A stretch of 53,925 nucleotides of DNA from the NCBI GenBank assembly GCA_030647105.1, contig JAUSJW010000100.1, forward strand, positions 1 through 53,925. The letters are read 5' to 3'. The stretch is from Nanobdellota archaeon. Lineage in GTDB: Archaea > Nanobdellota > Nanobdellia > Woesearchaeales > WJIZ01. Positions within the stretch are counted from its first letter, which is position 1. The number at the start of each line of letters is the position of its first letter. Made by a program: the position numbers and the translations under genes. Under the pieces are notes generated by a model, which saw only the letters and a program-made list of their open reading frames with translations, did not search any database and had not been told where the DNA came from. Positions 9,001-16,373 of this stretch are shown here, in pieces.

Positions 9001-12000
9001 CGTTAGGGAAGAACGACGCGTTCCCAGCCGCGGAAAGATTGAACCAGCTCGTGTTAGAAGTGAAGTTGACGGCGTCATTCTCAGCATCAGAGGCGTTAAA
9101 GAGACAGCTGAACTGCGCGCCTTCCTGAATTACGGTGAAATTGGAGCAGATGAGGCCGAACACAGGCGCGGAGTTGGTTCTGACCGAAAGATTGAAGGTC
9201 GTGAACCCGAGCGCGAGCGCTATATCTGTCGCGTTTACGAGCACTGTGTAGTTTCCTGCCTGGGCAAGAACCGGCGTGAAATTGAGCCTGAGCGCGGTTG
9301 CGTTGAGCTTGGTGAGAGTAAAGAAACTCTGGTTCACCGCGAACGTGAGGTTTTCTGACGTGTTGAGGAAGCTATCGTAGGGCTGAGAGAAGTCGTCATC
9401 CGCGGCGATGACCGTGAACGTGGAGTTCCGTCCGATAATGGCAGTCTGGCTGGCGAGAGTCGTGAAGACAGGCGCGTCGTTAGTGTTGTTAACAGTGATG
9501 TTGATAGTGGTCAAGGCATGAAGCAGACCGTCGCTGAGATTGAGGCGAACGCTGTAGTTGCCAACCTGTGCGTTGGAGGGCGTGAAGTTAGCGAGGAACG
9601 ACCTGCTCGTTGTCCTGCTGATGTTAAACCAGGACAGGTTAGAAGAGAGCGTCAGGGTATCCAGTTCTGAGTCTGTCCCGTTGATAATGCAGAAATGGCG
9701 AATGTCTTCGATGGCCGTTGAGTTGGAGCAAGTGGCGTCGAAGCTCGGCGCGTTGTTGATGTCCGTCACCGTGAAATTCGCGAGCTTATAGCCCATTCCA
9801 TTGTCTGTATCGCGGACAGTGAGGTTCAGCGTGTAATTTCCAGCGTCATTGTTTAGGGGCGTGAAATTGAACGCGCCGGTAGTAGAATTGATTGCGAGCG
9901 TCAGCGCCGCGCAGTCGCTGAGATAGTTTTGCTGGCAACTCACGATGCTGAAGTTGTACACTAAACTGGCTGCCGCGGTTTCCTCGTCAGAAGCGGCGAG
10001 CTGGTAGCCGTAGAGCGTTTCTGTGGTCGCGGACGAGATACTCGTTCCTGCGGGAGTTGAGAACACAGGCAAGTCATTGACCGCCGTGATAGTGAGGTCG
10101 ATATTCGCCGAGTCGGAATCGCCACTAGTATCGCTGACCGTAACCAAAGGCCTAAACGGCCCGGAGTTGGAAAAGTTGGAGGTCGTGACGCGAACAGTGA
10201 AGTTGCCATTCGTGAAGTCGAAGCGCCAGCAGTTGCTGCAGTCGGGATGGGAAGTAAAATTCTGGATAGAGCCAGCGGTGTAGTCAAAGGCCAGCCCGTC
10301 ATTGATATTGACATCCGAGGAGTAGTGGCTAATGTTGTACTTACAATCGAGGTCCTCAGTGCAGACCAGTGGCTCGAGGTTATTGCCCGTCTTGTTGAAA
10401 GCGGGGGCGCTGTTGTTAATGAGGAGGTCATCCGTAATGTTGAGCGTCGGGGAGGTTGCGTTGGCGCAGAGCACATTGAAGTAAGACCTTCCCTTGTAAG
10501 GAATTGTGCGGTTGTAGCTATAGAGGCCGCCGGCCTCGCTAAAGGTCATGTTCGCCGCGCCTTCATAAGCTCCTGTGAAATTGAACTGGATAGTGCAGAT
10601 TCCACTGATTGCCGTGCCATTAGTGTAATTAGCGTAGAAGGTCAGGTTGGTCACCGAGTATTTCGCGAGCCCGTCGACATCCTGGCTGTCGTAAACTGAG
10701 AGGTTGGCGCCCGAGCTGTTTACGCTTGCGAAGTTGTGCGCGTAGGCCTCAGCCGAGCCGAAGGTGAACCGCTGATGATGGCTTCCTGCGGTGAGGACCT
10801 GTGCAGTCCACGTCGCTGTCGTGTTGCAGGAATAGTTCGAAACTGTCGCGAGGTTTCCTGACTGGAGGAAGGGAATCTCGGCATCGCCACAGGTCAGCGT
10901 CTCAGGCATCAGGTCTCCGGAAGAGCCGTAGGTGGTTCCGTTGCTCGCCGCGATGGAGAGGTCAGCCGCCCCGAGAGTGGTGAACCGCACCTCCCATTCC
11001 CCGCCAACCGTCGGGTAGCTCTGCACGTTCAAGATGGAAAGTTCCACCTCATAGGTCTCGTTGCTCAGGTGAGGTACCTGCCATTCTATAGAGTCTATTA
11101 GTCCATTGTTGTTGCGGTCAAACGCGTCGAACGTTGCTTCTTCTCGCGCGCCTCCGACAACATGGTAGAGGTGAATTGCGTCAACAGGCACCTCAGGGAG
11201 CTCCGTGAAGGCGGTGATGTTCAGATAATGGAGTTCTGAAGAGATAGTAACCCGCTTCGTGCTTTCAGAAAGCTGCTCTTCGGTAGAACGAGGGGATTCC
11301 GTGTAGTACTCGACTTCTACTTCAGGCGAAGCTGTCACCACCTGAAGTTCCGCCGGAGCCCGCGCCGCTCCCGCGACAACTCTGCTCGGACCCTCTTTGA
11401 GCGCGTAATCCGTTTTCTCCAATTCGCGAACACCGGAAGCGGTGAGCTCGCGCACCGTGAAGTTAAGCGGAACATGGTCGAGCGTGACGGTCGCCCCGCG
11501 AACGCTGGCGATCTTTGTCCAGCGTACAGGCTGGCCAACGCGGGCAGCCCCCTGCACGTTCACGTCTTTCGGCTGCTTCACCTGAATAGAAATCAGATTA
11601 GAAAGCGACGATTGTTCCGTGTCGCTGGCCGTGAAGAAGGTGAAAGCGGTTCCGGAGAAGCCTGGCTGCGCGGAAACCAGGGCCACTCCGTCAACAATCT
11701 CAACATCAATGCCATCCACTGAGTACCAAGAATAAGACAAGGTATCGCCATCCGCGTCCGTGGCGAAATCACCCAGGCGCAGCTGCGTAACCGCCCCATA
11801 ATCGAGGCTGAGGTTAGGGAGATCGCGGAAAGCTGGAGCCCTATTGAAAACAAGCGAACTGCCATAGGAAACGCTCTCAAGGACAAACGTCCCGTTCTGC
11901 ACCTCAATGGAGAGCGTTCCGGAAACAGGAGTAGAGAGCCTGCAGGTCTCGTCGCAGACATCGACGAAGCGCCGTTCGGAAGGCTCGAACACGACGCTGA

Positions 12001-14869
12001 TATTTTCTTCCTCGGACTCTACAAGCTCAAAGTAGCTGTCTTCTGCGGAGAAGCTGTAATTCGCGTACGCGATTTTCGCGGTGACGATATTCTCCGATCC
12101 TGCGCCGAGCTTGCCTTCCGAAAGGAAAAAGGTGTCATCGTACGTATCGCGCTCCGCCGCCAAGTCATACAGCGCGCAGCATCCCGCTCCGCCGTAGCAC
12201 ACGCGCTCCTGTGTTTCCAACGCGCGCACCGTGTAGATCGCGCAGAGATTCTTCGGATCCGCTTCCCATCCCAACTGGCTGCCTTCCACAGTGAGGTCCA
12301 CCACGCCGCCGCTATCGACAACCCCATCGTCATCAGGGTCCCAGGCGGTTCCGGCATGGTAATCCAAATCAAGGTCAATAGCTCTTTCTCCGGGCGATAA
12401 GGATTTGCGAGTATCCGTCTTCACGCGCGATAAAGGCCGGGAAGCGCTGTCAAAGACCACCTGAGTTCCAGCCAGAACACGCGCATGGGCTCCGGAGCTG
12501 AGCGTTCCAGTAAGCGTGAGCGAAGATAGGCTCCGCTGACCAGGGAAGAGTTCATAGGACGCGGGGAAAGCGAACGTCTGCCCGACAGGCACCGTGAAGG
12601 TCGCGTTTTCCCGCACGAGGAATCCAGTCAATGGCGCGTCCTGGAGGAAGAAGAAGGCACCAGCGAAGAGGAGCAAGAGAGCCATCGCGACCGCCACGCC
12701 TTGCCGGGGCCTGAACACGCGGACAGGTTTGAGGCGCGCGAGTTGTGTTGCCTCGTGCAGGAGGGCTTCTACTCTTCCGCGTGACACCGCTCCCCCGCTA
12801 TACGCCAATTCCGTAAGCTGAGAGAAGAAAGGCTCGACAGACTTCTGGAGGAAGTCGTGAAGTTTCTTTTCGCGGGCCGCCTTGCCGAGCTCTTCGTAGG
12901 TCGCCTCGTATTCAATGCTAAGGTGGTGTTTGAGCCAGTCCTTCATAATGGTGTCAAGCTGTTTGAGCGCGAGCGTGGGCTCTTCCCTCGCTATCTGGCT
13001 CGAAAGCAAAGAGAGCCGAGCCGTGATATCGGGCGCCTGTCGCGTCAGGACATTCAAAGCGGGATGCGCGGACGAGGGGAACAGGCGCGAGAGCAGGAGC
13101 CGGAGTTTGCTCGGCTTGCCCTGCTTGGCTGCCAGCCTGCGATGGATAAAGGCGCGAAGAGGCTGTAAGGCCGCTGAAATCCGCTGCCTGAACGGTTTCT
13201 TGTGATGCAGCCAGCCCAAAACGCCCAGGAACAAGAGGGCGGAAAGCGACGAGATAATAAGGCCCCATTCCACTCCGCCGTACAGTTCAGGTGGCGCGAG
13301 CTTGGGCACTTCTGTCGGCGCGACAATCTCCTCTTGTCTGCATGATCTGCACGGCCCGCCGCAGTCCACGCCTTGTTCGCAGAGGGTAGTGCCGTTCTCC
13401 GCGCGTGGACAATTCATAACGGCGTCGAAGCAGGTCGCGCAGGAGTTCTCGCATGAGCCGCCGCAGTCCACGCCTTGCTCATCATAGTCCTGTCTCCCGT
13501 CAAAGCAGTAATCTCCGGCGTTGCACTGGCGAGTAAGATTGGGCGTGTATCTCCCCGTCTTGCATTCGTTCAAATCTGAGCAGTTTCTCGCGGCGTATCC
13601 CGAGCCGCACAATCCCCAGCCAGAGCAGAACCATTTCTCCTCGCAGCGTTTCGAGCTTCCTCCGCCGCCTCCGCCGCCTCCGCCGCCCACGACAGCTGCG
13701 GGAGTGGACGCTTCAGGGAGGTTGTTCACATTCAGGTCGAAGATAATCGCATCAGAAGCGGCAATCGTATCGTTCGCTTCTATGCTCACACGCTGCCTTC
13801 CAAACGCGTTGGCCTCGACCGCGAAGCTGATAAAGTGGGAAGAGGGGCATACTCCTTGCCGCGGATCGCGGTTATTCTCAATAGAGACAGAGACAAAGGG
13901 ATTCGCGGAGATAGATCTAAGCTCAAATTTGAGGCAGTCACCATTCGAGTCGTTGAAGAAGTCGTCGAGGTCGTACGCGTTGATAATGTTATGGTCTTCA
14001 TCCCAAGTGTAGTTGAGCGTTCCAGCAGACGTAACATAGAACGGCTTGCTGTTGGTGGGAAGAATAGTGATATTGATAAGTTGTGAATCGGTATTGTTGG
14101 CGCACGTGTTGTTGTCCTGCGCGGTAATGTTAAGGAGGTGGTAACCGACATGTTTTAGGTCGGGAGTAATTGTGAGCAGGCCTGAGCTCGCGTTGAGAGT
14201 GACATACGAACCGCCGACTGGGGAGAGCGACGCGTAAGCGTCCGTCTGATTGAAGGCGATGCTGAAGTTTATCGCGTCTCCCTCAGGGTCGGACGCGTTG
14301 ATGTCGATGACGAGCGTCGCGTTGCGGTCCACGCTGAAGCTCGCCGACACGTTCAGTACCGGAGGCTCGTTCGCCGCGCAATCGGAAGTGATGTTAAGCG
14401 GCAGGACAGAGGAGGTAACCTGATTACTGCATCCCGATCCGTCGCTTATGTTGATAGCGATATGGTAGTATCCTGCCGAGCTAACAGAAGGCGTGAACGT
14501 GACGCCGCCTGAAGACGAGATGTTGAACAAGGTAGTGTTGTCGATGTAAGTGAAACTCGTACTGGGATTGGCGTCGGACGCCGAGACTGTGCAGTTGTAG
14601 AGCACTGTCGCGTTCGCTGTGGACGAGCAGTTGGACACGTTGAGTGATGGCGCGGTGTTGACACAGAAGGTCACGCTTCCAGAGCCGGAGTTCATGCCCG
14701 TCACAGCGATAACCGCGGGCTCTGGAGATTTGAGGAAGACAAGCGCGCTCCAAACAGAGACCGCGAGCAAACAGAGCACCATCAAAGCGAGCGTCGTGTT
14801 CGAAAGCGCCGCGGCTCGCGCGCGCGTCATCATGCCGGCAAGGCCCCAATTATTTCTTCTGTTGCTCAT
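6002..14869 (-). CDS. giant (2,955 aa) multi-TM surface protein with cadherin/Ig-like repeat array, Cys-rich module and dense N-glycosylation sequons
   Basis: Uninterrupted ORF. N-terminal hydrophobic anchor, two internal hydrophobic helices, and a C-terminal TM plus RRRKV. About ten repeats of ~90-115 aa joined by N-x-x-(A/P)-P-x-F linkers. Every other-frame ORF inside it is Arg/Gly/Pro-rich junk. Confidence 0.85.
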   Translation of the reverse strand: MSNRRNNWGLAGMMTRARAAALSNTTLALMVLCLLAVSVWSALVFLKSPEPAVIAVTGMNSGSGSVTFCVNTAPSLNVSNCSSTANATVLYNCTVSASDANPSTSFTYIDNTTLFNISSSGGVTFTPSVSSAGYYHIAINISDGSGCSNQVTSSVLPLNITSDCAANEPPVLNVSASFSVDRNATLVIDINASDPEGDAINFSIAFNQTDAYASLSPVGGSYVTLNASSGLLTITPDLKHVGYHLLNITAQDNNTCANNTDSQLINITILPTNSKPFYVTSAGTLNYTWDEDHNIINAYDLDDFFNDSNGDCLKFELRSISANPFVSVSIENNRDPRQGVCPSSHFISFAVEANAFGRQRVSIEANDTIAASDAIIFDLNVNNLPEASTPAAVVGGGGGGGGGGSSKRCEEKWFCSGWGLCGSGYAARNCSDLNECKTGRYTPNLTRQCNAGDYCFDGRQDYDEQGVDCGGSCENSCATCFDAVMNCPRAENGTTLCEQGVDCGGPCRSCRQEEIVAPTEVPKLAPPELYGGVEWGLIISSLSALLFLGVLGWLHHKKPFRQRISAALQPLRAFIHRRLAAKQGKPSKLRLLLSRLFPSSAHPALNVLTRQAPDITARLSLLSSQIAREEPTLALKQLDTIMKDWLKHHLSIEYEATYEELGKAAREKKLHDFLQKSVEPFFSQLTELAYSGGAVSRGRVEALLHEATQLARLKPVRVFRPRQGVAVAMALLLLFAGAFFFLQDAPLTGFLVRENATFTVPVGQTFAFPASYELFPGQRSLSSLTLTGTLSSGAHARVLAGTQVVFDSASRPLSRVKTDTRKSLSPGERAIDLDLDYHAGTAWDPDDDGVVDSGGVVDLTVEGSQLGWEADPKNLCAIYTVRALETQERVCYGGAGCCALYDLAAERDTYDDTFFLSEGKLGAGSENIVTAKIAYANYSFSAEDSYFELVESEEENISVVFEPSERRFVDVCDETCRLSTPVSGTLSIEVQNGTFVLESVSYGSSLVFNRAPAFRDLPNLSLDYGAVTQLRLGDFATDADGDTLSYSWYSVDGIDVEIVDGVALVSAQPGFSGTAFTFFTASDTEQSSLSNLISIQVKQPKDVNVQGAARVGQPVRWTKIASVRGATVTLDHVPLNFTVRELTASGVRELEKTDYALKEGPSRVVAGAARAPAELQVVTASPEVEVEYYTESPRSTEEQLSESTKRVTISSELHYLNITAFTELPEVPVDAIHLYHVVGGAREEATFDAFDRNNNGLIDSIEWQVPHLSNETYEVELSILNVQSYPTVGGEWEVRFTTLGAADLSIAASNGTTYGSSGDLMPETLTCGDAEIPFLQSGNLATVSNYSCNTTATWTAQVLTAGSHHQRFTFGSAEAYAHNFASVNSSGANLSVYDSQDVDGLAKYSVTNLTFYANYTNGTAISGICTIQFNFTGAYEGAANMTFSEAGGLYSYNRTIPYKGRSYFNVLCANATSPTLNITDDLLINNSAPAFNKTGNNLEPLVCTEDLDCKYNISHYSSDVNINDGLAFDYTAGSIQNFTSHPDCSNCWRFDFTNGNFTVRVTTSNFSNSGPFRPLVTVSDTSGDSDSANIDLTITAVNDLPVFSTPAGTSISSATTETLYGYQLAASDEETAAASLVYNFSIVSCQQNYLSDCAALTLAINSTTGAFNFTPLNNDAGNYTLNLTVRDTDNGMGYKLANFTVTDINNAPSFDATCSNSTAIEDIRHFCIINGTDSELDTLTLSSNLSWFNISRTTSRSFLANFTPSNAQVGNYSVRLNLSDGLLHALTTINITVNNTNDAPVFTTLASQTAIIGRNSTFTVIAADDDFSQPYDSFLNTSENLTFAVNQSFFTLTKLNATALRLNFTPVLAQAGNYTVLVNATDIALALGFTTFNLSVRTNSAPVFGLICSNFTVIQEGAQFSCLFNASDAENDAVNFTSNTSWFNLSAAGNASFFPNDDRVGDHRVLVTATDFWGDATTYVYNVTVNNTPEAPTFTLVPNLTATRGTPFTYNLSRNVTDDDFNLPTPDTLNFSDNTTLFNITSAGFISFTPTITEVGNYTVNITVNDSNGLAVYAALRVEVLNINTAPTFVYLCENERTAWEDILFTCTINATDAESDAVNFTANASWFTIKNMSIRGAVANFTLNYTFVGNYSINFTASDYELNTSQTINFTVNNTNDAPTLTLSDLNATEDSLFNYTVNATDEDFLVPSNDTLTYRTNSTLFTINASTGRILFTPNSTQVGNHTVQFNVTDLANVTTNKTVNFQVQFFNDVPSVSVPNLEAEALQTLLYDVNATDEEDGEPNLTYGFNLSAPFAINRSTGMMNVTVNSSFVGLHVVNLSVNDSGGKSASVLFNLTILSVNSPPNLTQLTPYGTPLSNTTVFAWANLSSFTLNRTSINVSENATVPFNVSVNDSNGDNVTYRWYIDGVLNSTSNTTSALTYVPDFLDAGLHNVTVIISDPRNANATFTWNITVADSNRAPRFGFVDHDATDFSSGTANGTNTSDTGILLGANGSVFNNRGEYLSPALDMGGTATIAYNPIGLVNLSWDAITPTGTAAVLQTRTSEDSTTWNNWSILLLNRSYLNSSGERVVSENTTYLQYRVILNTTNTNLTPNVSSVVIRHRIPNIELDEGDSLPNWIDLDDYFSDLDTDDTLLFSVSGVTNVALSISNSTHIVSLTTTSTSAGTETAVFNATDGTDSVLSAPVTIEVTDVETTSDTDTVTVTRTRTTFKTRLRTVTEPRYLEIVAPRHVTGFSEDTVVAPIILTNNAESVLSGIKLVANTSDPTVIAWFERSAFDTLVPKQTEETRLFIKWSGTVREFDVIVSATSTDPVFTDKAIISLTGTERVAENRTQIDDHINFVRDLLQMNPECLELSELMTEAQSDIQAGQYDRARERLSFIIEGCRYLLSVPKEIDQFEPIKQRESSLYQVLSGLLLTLLFIAFLIIVWLSRRRKV
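7424..10417 (-). repeat. in-frame tandem array of ~10 cadherin-like domains (aa 1485-2482 of the giant ORF)
   Basis: Recurring linkers: NNSAPAF, VNDLPVF, INNAPSF, TNDAPVF, TNSAPVF, PEAPTF, NTAPTF, TNDAPTL, FNDVPSV, NSPPNL, SNRAPRF. Recurring core: F(N/T)I...G.(I/L).FTP...VGNYTV. Confidence 0.75.
13658..13687 (-). repeat. (GGCGGCGGA)x3 + GGA microsatellite encoding Gly10 linker
   Basis: Plus strand reads tcc tcc gcc gcc tcc gcc gcc tcc gcc gcc. This encodes aa 395-404 of the giant ORF. Confidence 0.9.
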
Positions 14870-15059
14870 GCTTCAGGTACTCACGTTTTCTCGCGACGGC
14901 CTCCTCGAGGCCGGCGTCTTTCAGATAGCGTATGAGAAGGTGGCGGATGCCCTCACGGGCGATTTCCGCGTCCGTCGAGAACATGCCGATTTCAATCAGT
15001 TTCCGCATTTGCTCTTTCAGCTCTTTCCCTACGCGGATATGAAGAAGTTCAGATTCCAT
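14850..15059 (-). CDS. ribbon-helix-helix (CopG/Arc-like) DNA-binding protein
   Basis: 69 aa. N-terminal beta-strand LLHIRVGKELKEQMRKLIE followed by helix DAEIAREGIRHLLIRYL. The stop overlaps the giant ORF start by 20 nt. Confidence 0.7.
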   Translation of the reverse strand: MESELLHIRVGKELKEQMRKLIEIGMFSTDAEIAREGIRHLLIRYLKDAGLEEAVARKREYLKHEQQKK

Positions 15060-15080
15060 GCATGACTTGCCCGGCGGTTT

Positions 15081-15095
15081 GTATCATTTTGATAC
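15081..15095. promoter_or_regulatory. perfect palindrome GTATCA-TTT-TGATAC upstream of the RHH gene
   Basis: Read directly, 22 nt upstream of the RHH ATG (15059). The core CATTTTGATA recurs at 15114-15130. Confidence 0.5.
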
Positions 15096-15113
15096 TCTTT
15101 CGAACCTTATAAT

Positions 15114-15130
15114 GTACCATTTTGATATAC
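15114..15130. promoter_or_regulatory. second, imperfect copy of the palindrome (GTACCATTTTGATATAC)
   Basis: Shares CATTTTGATA with 15081-15095. Lies next to TTTATATA at 15134-15141. Confidence 0.4.
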
Positions 15131-15203
15131 TCGTTTATATATGTTTGCTTTACTTGGTTTACTTGATTTATTTTACTGAGTATTGCTGGAACCTCCAATC
15201 AGT

Positions 15204-16373
15204 TCATTGCCCGCTCTTGCGCGAGCGCCTCCTTGCCCACAAGAAGAGGTTGAGCGCGAGCAAAGAAGCGCAGAGCGCCGCCGTGAAAATCCAGAGAGAC
15301 ATCGGCTTAGAGGGCGATGGAGCTATCTGGGAAAGGGGAGGGGGGAGAAGAGTGAGAACATACTCCTCCTTTGGAAGCTCCCCCGTGAAGCTGCCCTCCG
15401 GAAGAAGTCTGACGCTGATGCGCTGCTCCAGCTCGCCTGATGCCCTCTTCGTTTTCACGTTCGGATTCGCGTTCAGGAAGTCAATGCTGTAGGTGACGTT
15501 CCTACTTTCGCCCGGGCTGAGGAGGAGGAGCGAGGAATCGAGCGTCAGGAACGGCGTCATGGCGCCCTCTCCCGCCACCGCGAGCGCCATGCTTCCCCCG
15601 CGGAGATTTGAAACCGTGAAAGCGCCAGATAGGTAGGTGCCATCAAAGGTCACATTCGCGCTGTTGGGCGTGATGGCGAATTCGGAGAGCTGCGCCGTCA
15701 GATGCTCGATGCGAACGATATCCAGCGTCGCTTCCGAAGGCAGCTCGGCGCGAATTCTAAAGGGACCTTTCGCGCCCTCCAGCCTGCACGTCGCCACGCA
15801 CTGCTGCTCGAAGCGCGTCGGCGCGTCAGCGGCGAAGATAAGTTTTGAGGCGGATGCTCCGCCTTCGTCCCATTCGAGATAGAGTCGAGCCGGACCCTCC
15901 CCAGTATAGGTTCCCGTAACAAACACACCATTAACCGATCCGGGCTCCCCCCAGACAACGGAAGTGTTCTCCGTAAACCTCCATCCCTCGGCGCCTCCCG
16001 CGACGTTAAGCGAGAAGACCACATTTCCAGTCAAATCGGGTATAAGCGCAAAGGTTCCCAAAACCACCAGGAACAAAAGCGCGCCAATAAGCCCCCAAGT
16101 GCGAGTCTCCTTCGAAAGGCTGGCGTCTAGTTGTCGAATCCGTGCTTCCTGAAGCTGTAACTCTGTCTGATAGAACCTATAATAGTACGCGAAGGATTTT
16201 CCGGCAAGCCCGGTGTGATACACCTGAGTATATTCGGCCCTGGATACGCTGCCCCGCCGGAATGCCTCATGGAGTTGAGACTCTTGTTTAGCGAGCCGCT
16301 CAATATACTGCCCACAAAGCGCTGCCTTTCGCGCCGCGAGCGCCTTCTCGTTCCGCAGAGAGAGAAGGCTCAT
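15204..16373 (-). CDS. hypothetical bitopic membrane protein (cytoplasmic helical N-terminus, TM, beta-rich ectodomain, C-terminal TM plus basic tail); mini-paralog of the giant protein core
   Basis: 389 aa. TM WGLIGALLFLVVLGTFALI followed by PDLTGNVVF, then CVATCRL, then C-terminal LWIFTAALCASLLALNLFLWARRRSRK. 4-nt overlap with the upstream HTH gene. Confidence 0.7.
   Translation of the reverse strand: MSLLSLRNEKALAARKAALCGQYIERLAKQESQLHEAFRRGSVSRAEYTQVYHTGLAGKSFAYYYRFYQTELQLQEARIRQLDASLSKETRTWGLIGALLFLVVLGTFALIPDLTGNVVFSLNVAGGAEGWRFTENTSVVWGEPGSVNGVFVTGTYTGEGPARLYLEWDEGGASASKLIFAADAPTRFEQQCVATCRLEGAKGPFRIRAELPSEATLDIVRIEHLTAQLSEFAITPNSANVTFDGTYLSGAFTVSNLRGGSMALAVAGEGAMTPFLTLDSSLLLLSPGESRNVTYSIDFLNANPNVKTKRASGELEQRISVRLLPEGSFTGELPKEEYVLTLLPPPLSQIAPSPSKPMSLWIFTAALCASLLALNLFLWARRRSRKSGQ

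Noticed and set aside
7424-10417. Periodic ~280-330-bp repetition that could superficially suggest a repeat array or CRISPR-like structure.
   Set aside because: The repeats are in-frame protein domains with diverged DNA sequence. There are no short identical direct repeats with unique spacers and no cas genes.
6108-14151. Many 60-340-aa ORFs on both strands inside the giant gene (e.g. 6272-7300, 7409-8317, 8146-8637, 9961-10476).
   Set aside because: All are nested in or antisense to a single 8.9-kb ORF with coherent domain repeats. Their translations are low-complexity (Arg/Gly/Ser/Pro-rich) and lack promoters.
14850-14869. The 20-nt overlap between the RHH stop and the giant ORF start, considered as a possible frameshift fusion.
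   Set aside because: The RHH domain is complete at 69 aa, and the giant ORF has its own Met and basic N-region before the TM. Overlaps of 4-32 nt are common in this window, so ordinary translational coupling is the simpler reading.
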